Source: an uncultured Actinomycetota bacterium (GTDB taxonomy: Bacteria; Actinomycetota; Actinomycetes; Propionibacteriales; Nocardioidaceae). From it: DNA of 64,000 nt. The first letter of the stretch is position 1. Each line of letters begins with the position of its first letter. Made by a program: the position numbers and the translations under genes. Positions 55,270 to 64,000 of this stretch are shown here, in pieces. Under the pieces are notes generated by a model, which worked only from the letters and a program-made list of their open reading frames with translations, did no database searches and was not told where the DNA came from. The stretch lies in the NCBI GenBank assembly GCA_963805655.1, contig CAWDVB010000010.1, positions 13,832-77,831 of the forward strand. Direction: 5' to 3'.

Positions 55270-57974
55270 TCAGTCGGTGAGGGTGTCGCCGATCGGCTGG
55301 GACAGGCGCCGGGTGTACCAGTCGGAGCGCGCGTCGGCCATCGGCACGAGCCGTCCGGAGGCGGTGAGCACGATGGCGCCGTCGTCGCCGGCGTGGACCA
55401 GCGGCAGGTCGATCTCGGCGATCTGGGGGAGGTCGTTCTTGAGCTGGGCGACTCGCAGCAGAAGCTCCGCGAGCGCGTCGATGTCGACCGGCTGGCTCCC
55501 CCGGTAGCCGGTGAGAAGGGGGGCCGCCTTCAGCTCGTTGATCATCGCGCAGGCGTCGTCCAGCGAGAACGGCGGGATGCGGAACGACTGGTCGCCCAGC
55601 AGCTCGGTGGTGGGCCCGGCGACCCCGAGGGAGACGACCGGACCGAAGAGCGGGTCCTCGATCGCGCTGATCGACACCGGGACGCCCGGCCGGAGCCGTC
55701 TTCTGCACGACGTACTCGGCCGCCGGATCGTGGATGAGCGGGACCAGGTCGTTCCACGCCTCGGCCATCTCGTCCGGGTCTCCGATGTTGCGCCACACGT
55801 GCGCCAGGTCGGGGCGCTGACGGTAGCGATCGGCAGTGGCCTTGAGCACGACGTCCCAGCCGAGCTGCTCCCCCGCCGCGACGGCGTCCTCGAGAGTGCC
55901 GACGTGCACGCGGGGCCACGGGCTCGATCCCGTAGCAGGCGAGGACCTCGGCCGTCTCGCTCTCGGTGAGCGATCGCCCTTCGGGGCGATCGGCCAGGAC
56001 ACGGGCGATCAGGTCGCGGGCGGCGCCGTCACGGACCTCGGGGTCGGTCGGCGGCGCCACCTCCGGGAGCGCCTGCCACGCGGCATACCCGACGGCGCGC
56101 GCCAGCGCGCGCACCGCTGCCTCCGGCGACTGGTAGGAGGGCACCGACCCGCGCCCGGCGGTGCTGCCCGTGTCGTCGGTGACCCGGAGCAGCTCGGGCA
56201 GGCCCTGGGCGGCGAGGAAGGTGGACAGGATCGGCTTGTCCGAGCGCTCGCCGACCGTGGCGAGGACCGTGGCGACCTCGACGCCCGAGGTGTTGATGGG
56301 GGGGATGTACACCGCGAGGACGGCGTCGACCTGAGGATCGTCGATCGCCGCGGACAGCGCGGACTCGAAGTCCGGGCCCGACGCGTCGGCCCCGAGAGCC
56401 ACCGGGGTCTCCACGCGCAGCCCCACCGCGGCCGCCGCGTCCGCGGCGAGCAGGCCCAGCGCGTCGGAGTTGCCGACGATGGCCACGCGGGGACCCCGGG
56501 GAAGCGGCTGATGGGCCAGCAGCTGGGCCACGTCGAACATCTCGTCCAGGGTGTCCACCTGGATCACCCCGGCCTGCCGGAACATCGCGTCCACGGTCGC
56601 CTGGCCGACCAGGCTGGCCCGCACGGCATGTCCCATCGGCACCCCTTGAGTGGTCCGTCCGCCCTTGACCGCGATCACCGGCTTGCGGCGGGAGACCCGG
56701 CGGGCGATCCGGGAGAACTTGCGCGGGTTGCCGATGCTCTCCAGGTAGAGCAGGACCACCTCCGTGGCATCGTCCTCCTCCCAGTACTGCAGCAGGTCGT
56801 TGCCGGACACGTCGGCGCGGTTGCCCGCCGAGACGAAGGTGGACAGGCCCAGGCCGCGACGGGTGACGTTCTCCAGGATCGCGACGCCCAGCGCGCCGGA
56901 CTGGCAGAAGAACCCGGCACGACCACGCGGCGGCATCACCGTGGCCAGCGAGGCGTTGAGCGAGACGTCCGCCGCGGTGTTGATGATCCCGAGCGCGTTG
57001 GGCCCGATCATCCGCAGCCCGTATCCGCGCGCGAGCGACACCAACCGTCGCTGCCGCCGGCGGCCTTCCTCGCCGGTCTCGGCGAACCCGGCCGAGACCA
57101 CGACCATCCCGTGAACTCCCTTGTTGGCGCAGTCGATGGCCACCTCGGCGACCGCCTCTGCCGGCACCGCCACGATCGCGATGTCGACCGGGTCGGGGAT
57201 GTCGGACACCGCCGCATAGGCGGGCATCCCCGCAACCGACTCGGCGGCCGGGTTCACGACGTAGACGCGGCCCTGGAAGTCCCCCATCACGAGGTTGCGG
57301 ACCAGCGTGCTTCCGACCGTGGCACGATGGCGGCTCGCGCCGACGACGGCGACGCTCCTGGCCTGGAAGAACAGGTCGATGGACGCCGCCTCCGCCCGAT
57401 GCTCCCGGTCCGCCATCACCGATACCGACGTGGCGGTCAGGTCGATGGGGAACTCCAGGCTCATCACCCCGTCGCCGTAGGCGCCGGCTACCTGGTAGCC
57501 CGCGTCGCGGAAGACCTGGATCATCTTGACGTTCTCGGGCAGCACATCGGCGGTGAACCGCTCGATGCCGTTCTCCCGCCCCGCCTGGGCCAGGTGCTCC
57601 AGCAGCATCTGGCCGCAGCCGCGACCCTGGTGGCGGTCCTCGACGAGGAAGGCGACCTCGGCATGGGGATGCTCGGTCTCGGCGGGATCCTGCTCGTACC
57701 GTCCGACCGCGATGATCTGCTCGGCCACGGTGAGGACGAACGCGACCCGTCCGTGGTGGTCGACCCGGGTGAAGCGCTCCACGTCCTTGTCCGACAGCGT
57801 CGGCACGGGGGCGAAGAAGCGGAAGTACTTGGACTGGTCGCTCACCCGCGCATAGAACGCGCGCAAGAGGTCGGCGTCCTCAGGCCTGATCGGTCGGAGG
57901 TGGGCGGCCTGTCCGTCCCGGAGCAGGACGTCGGCCTCCCAGTAGCGGGGATAGAGCGATTCCGGGTCCGACAC
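55270..57974 (-). pseudogene. GNAT N-acetyltransferase fused to NDP-forming acyl-CoA synthetase domains (Pat-like), 2 frameshifts in the C-terminal region
   Basis: N-terminal GNAT ([13 protein letters not shown]). CoA-binding/succinyl-CoA-synthetase-like domains (SVAVVGAS...). C-terminal ATP-grasp pieces are in the 55223..56002 and 55270..55677 frames. Confidence 0.8.
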
Positions 57975-58052
57975 GGTCGAAATCTAGCGCGGCTGGGCCA
58001 CCGGCGGCGCGCCCCGGCCGGAGACGTCGGTTCCCGTTGGAGAATCGACGCC

Positions 58053-60511
<2,459 letters not shown>

Positions 60512-60515
<4 letters not shown>

Positions 60516-61232
60516 CACGGCCAGGGGACACGCCCGGGGACACGCCCGGGGACACGCGCTGGGCTGGTCCTGACCGTGCTCGTCGTGCTGGCGGCGACGA
60601 CCGCCTGCACCGGCTCCTCGTCCGCGCCGGCCGACACCGAGGCGGTGCTGCGGGAGGCCGTCCAGAAGCTGACCGCCACGTCGGGCGTGGAGCTGACGCT
60701 CAGCGGGCAGCCACCGGCCGGCATCAACGCCATGAACAGCGCCACGGGGGTCGCCACGGGCACTCCGGCGTTCGAGGGCAAGATCGGGGTGGTGATCAGC
60801 TCGCTCCCGGTAAGCGTCGACGTCATCGCCGTCGACAAGAAGGTCTACGCCGTCCTGCCGTTCACGACCGACTACGCCCCGATCGACCCGAAGAAGTACG
60901 GAGCACCCGACCCGGCCCAGTTCCTGAACGCCGACCACGGCGTGCCCGGCTGGCTGGCCGCGGTGGCCGACGGCACCCACACCAGCAAGCAGGTCCGCGA
61001 CGGCGACCAGGTGCTGACCGAGTTCTCCGGCACCGTCTCCGGCGCGCTGGTGACGGATCTGCTCCCGACCGCGGACGCCCAGGAGGCCTTCGATGTCAGG
61101 GCACGCGTCACCTCCGACGGGACCATGACCGCGATGTGGGTGACCGGTCCCTTCTACCAGGGGTCGGACCCGATGACCTACGAGATCGACATCACCGAGT
61201 ACGACGTGCAGAAGTCGATCAGCGCGCCGTGA
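60512..61232 (+). CDS. LppX_LprAFG family lipoprotein (LprG-like), probable frameshift in the signal-peptide region
   Basis: ATG at 60512 overlaps the parC stop (ATGA). The lipobox ATTAC and mature protein are in the 60576..61232 frame. Followed by an MFS pump, as in lprG-Rv1410c. Confidence 0.7.
60524..60558 (+). repeat. 12-bp tandem repeat (GGGGACACGCCC, about 2.9 units)
   Basis: ggggacacgccc ggggacacgccc ggggacacgcg. Encodes [11 protein letters not shown] in the frame of the ATG at 60512. Confidence 0.9.
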
Positions 61233-62931
61233 GCCGCGCGCGCACCCTGGTGCCGCTCGCCTCGCTCGCGGTCGCCTTCGCGGCCGCCGACACCTACGTC
61301 GTCGTCCTCGCGCTGCCCGACATGATGGCCGGGATCGGCATGCCGATCGACGCCCTCCAGCGGGCGGCCCCGATCATCTCGGGCTTCCTGCTCGGGTACG
61401 TCGCGGTGCTCCCGCTCATCGGCCGGATCGCCGACCTCCGGGGCCGAGTCCCGGTGCTGATCGGCTCCCTCGCGGTGTTCGCCCTCGGCTCGCTGCTGAC
61501 CGCCGCCTCCCACGACCTCACCGCGATGGTCGTCGGACGGCTGGTGCAGGGCGTGGGCGCCGGAGGCCTGGTGCCCGCGACGCTCGCCCTGGTGGCCGAC
61601 CTCTACCCGGAGGACCGCCGCGCCGTGCCGCTGGGCGTGGTCGGAGCGGTCCAGGAGATCGGCAGCGTGGTCGGGCCCGCTGTGGGGCGCCGTGGTGATC
61701 GCGCTGTGGAGCTGGCGGGGCATCTTCTGGCTCAACGTGGTCGTCGCCGTGCTCATCGGAGTCGCCCTGACCCGGTACCGGGCCACCCGCCGGGCGACAC
61801 GCCCGTCGTGGCACGGGGGTCGTGCTCGGAGTCGTCGCGGCGGCGGTCTCCGTCGCTGCTCCTGTTCCCGCCCCAGGCGCTTCGCGACGACCTCACCTGG
61901 GGCCTCCTGTATGCGCCGCTGGTCGGGAGCTCGGGGTGGACCACTCCCCTGGCCGGCGTCCTCGCCCTGACCGTGCTCGCCCTCCTTGCGCAGGGCCTGC
62001 TGTCGGGCCGGCCGCTTGTGCCGGTCCGTGCCTGGACCGCAACGGCCGCGGCGGCCGACCCCGTCGGCTCGGTGCTGCTGGCCGGAGCGCTCGCCGGGGT
62101 CATCGTCACCTTCGCGTCCGCGGACCCCGCAGATCCAGGTGATCGCCCCGCACGGCGGGTGGTACCTCGTCGCTTCGGGCCTGCTGCTCGCCGCCTTCGT
62201 CGGTACGTGCGCGCGCCCGCCGTCCCCTCGTCCCCCGCGGCCTGCTGCGCCCGCTCCCGCGTGGGGATCCGTGCTCGTCTCCTTCCTCATCGGCAGCGCG
62301 CTCATCGTCGCGCTCGTCGACATCCCGGTCTTCGCCCGGGTCACGATCTACCCCGACTCCCAGCTCCAGGCCGCCCTCGTGCTGGTCCGCTTCCTGGTCG
62401 CCGTCCCGGTCGGCGCGGTGCTCGGGCGGCCAGCTCACCCACCGCTGGTCCGCCGGGCCGGTGACCTTCGTGGGAGCAGCGCTGGCAGTGCTGTCGTTCT
62501 GGTTGATGTCCCGGTGGGGTCTGGAGTCGCTGTCCCACTGGTCGGCGACGATCCCGCTCGTCGTCGGCGGGCTCGGCTTCGGCCTGGTGCTCGCGCCGGT
62601 GAACGCGGCTCTGCTCGCCGCGACCGATCCGGCCGAGCACGGAGTGGCCAGCGCCCTGGTCGTGGTGGCCCGGATGGTCGGGATGCTGGTCGGCATCAGC
62701 GTGCTCACGACCATCGCGCTGCACCGCTACTACGGGGTGTTGGACGGGCTGCCGTCGATCGACTCCGTATGCGACGGCCCGACCACCTGCACCGCCTACA
62801 CCACGCTGCTGCGGGAATCGGGACTGGTCCAGCTGGAGACCGTCTTCCGGGGGGCGGCGCTCAGCAGCGCTGCGGCCGGAGTGATCGCCCTGGTCGTCTT
62901 CCGCCGGCGGTCCGGGAGGCCCCTGGGATGA
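61229..62931 (+). pseudogene. MFS transporter (P55/Rv1410c-like), 6 or more frameshifts
   Basis: [33 protein letters not shown]...GRIADLRGR...LVQGVGAGG. Then VIALWSWRGIFWLNV, IGSALIVALVDIPVFARVTIY and TFVGAALAVLSFWLMS...APVNAALLAA are in different frames. GTGA overlap with the lipoprotein gene. Confidence 0.75.
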
Positions 62932-63846
62932 CGGAGCGCTGCAGCTGCGGGCGCCACGCGGGCCGGCGAGCCGATGGCAGGGACGGCTCCGCGCGCGATC
63001 GGCTGGGTGGCGCTGGAGCAGCCGGGCCCCTGGGGTGCGCGGGCGTTCACCGAGAGCCACCTGTCAGCCGAGATCGGCGCGGTCCTGCAGTCCGCGTGCG
63101 CCGAGCATGGCCTGCGACCCTTGCTGCTGCGGCGCCCGGGCAGGCACCCGGACCGGAGTCAGGAACCCGAGGCTCCCCGTGAGGTCCTGGTCGCGCACAC
63201 GTCGCCGGCCGATGCCTGGATGCTGGAGGGCCGCATCGACCGCCCCCAGGATCTGCTCGGCCTGGACTGGGCGGCGGTGGCGGCCGGTGACCAGGAGGCA
63301 GCCGCGCGGTCCCTCGCGACCACGGTCCCCAGCGACGCGCCCGCCCTGCTGGTCTGCACCAACGGCTCACGGGACCGGTGCTGCGCCATCGACGGCCGCC
63401 AGGTCGCGCTCGCCGCGCACGACCTGATCCCGGACCGCGTCTGGGAGACCACCCACCTGTCAGGCCACCGCTTCTCGGCCACCGCGGTCGCTCTCCCCTC
63501 GGGCCAGGTGCACGGGCGGCTCACCCCCGACCAGATGCCGGGGCTGGTCGGCGCCCTCGTCGAGGGGCGGACCCCGCTCACGTCGTTGCGCGGCCGGTCG
63601 ACCTGGGGACCACGCGAGCAAGCCGCGGAGATCGCCGTTCGCGAGGTGATCGGCGAGGACGTCACCGACGCGATCGTCTCGGTCGACACCGAGCCGGACG
63701 GCACCGTCGCCGTACACCACCGGGACGGCCGTCGCTGGGCCGTGGAGGTCCACCGGGAGACCGACCTGGGTATGCGGCGGGAGTCGTGCGGGAAGGCGCC
63801 GGTGGCGATGACCCCGCTTCGCGCCCGGGTTCTGCCCATCCCCTAG
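62931..63846 (+). CDS. sucrase-ferredoxin-like family protein, N-terminal frameshift near 62965
   Basis: MTERCSCGRHAG (ATGA overlap with the MFS stop), then EPMAGTAPRAIGWVALEQPGPWG...LLVCTNGSRDRCCA...THLSGHRF in the 62974..63846 frame. Confidence 0.7.
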
Positions 63847-63856
63847 GTTGGGGCCC

Positions 63857-64000
63857 ATGGCCGACTTCGACGACATTCTCGCCGCCAACCGCCGGTACGC
63901 GGAGACGTTCGACCAGGGGGGCTTCGACGGCGTTGCCCACGCCGGGATTGCCCTGGTCACCTGCATGGACTCGCGCATCGACCCACTCGCGATGCTCGGC
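63857..64000 (+). CDS. beta-class carbonic anhydrase (5' partial, runs off the window)
   Basis: MADFDDILAANRRYAETFDQGGFDGVAHAGIALVTCMDSRIDPLAMLG. CxDxR zinc-ligand motif. Confidence 0.75.
   Translation, partial: MADFDDILAANRRYAETFDQGGFDGVAHAGIALVTCMDSRIDPLAMLG

Overview
This is a high-GC (about 70% by eye) actinobacterial chromosomal core segment. Its gene order resembles the Mycobacterium Rv2689c-Rv2701c neighbourhood and looks Nocardioidaceae/Propionibacteriales-like. I found no rRNA, tRNA, CRISPR array, integrase, transposase or recognisable defence system. Recognisable genes include uvrB, tesB, fadA-fadB, dxs, ptrB, acn, trkA x2, dut, suhB, hemH, sepH, tdk, a parC-like topoisomerase subunit, an lprG-like lipoprotein with an MFS pump, a family-5 peptide ABC importer, and a GT4/methyltransferase/prenyltransferase-like/ferredoxin/FNR cluster. 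The most striking signal is that frameshifts are clustered in patches. Hand-following the frame switches gives roughly 60-80 indels, concentrated at about 26.2-30.1 kb, 41.4-45.1 kb, 46.5-55.9 kb and 60.5-63.0 kb. In contrast, about 4.8-23 kb and 30.1-41.3 kb read cleanly. The broken genes still translate to family-typical sequence in the shifted frames, and several indels occur as nearby compensating pairs. This points to local consensus or assembly error, or to very recent pseudogenisation, and needs read-level checking. Smaller findings are a perfect LexA SOS box in front of a small unknown gene, a yybP-ykoY (Mn2+) riboswitch candidate before terC, an AT-rich perfect palindrome before acn, a substrate-binding protein with a C-terminal membrane anchor, and low-GC patches.
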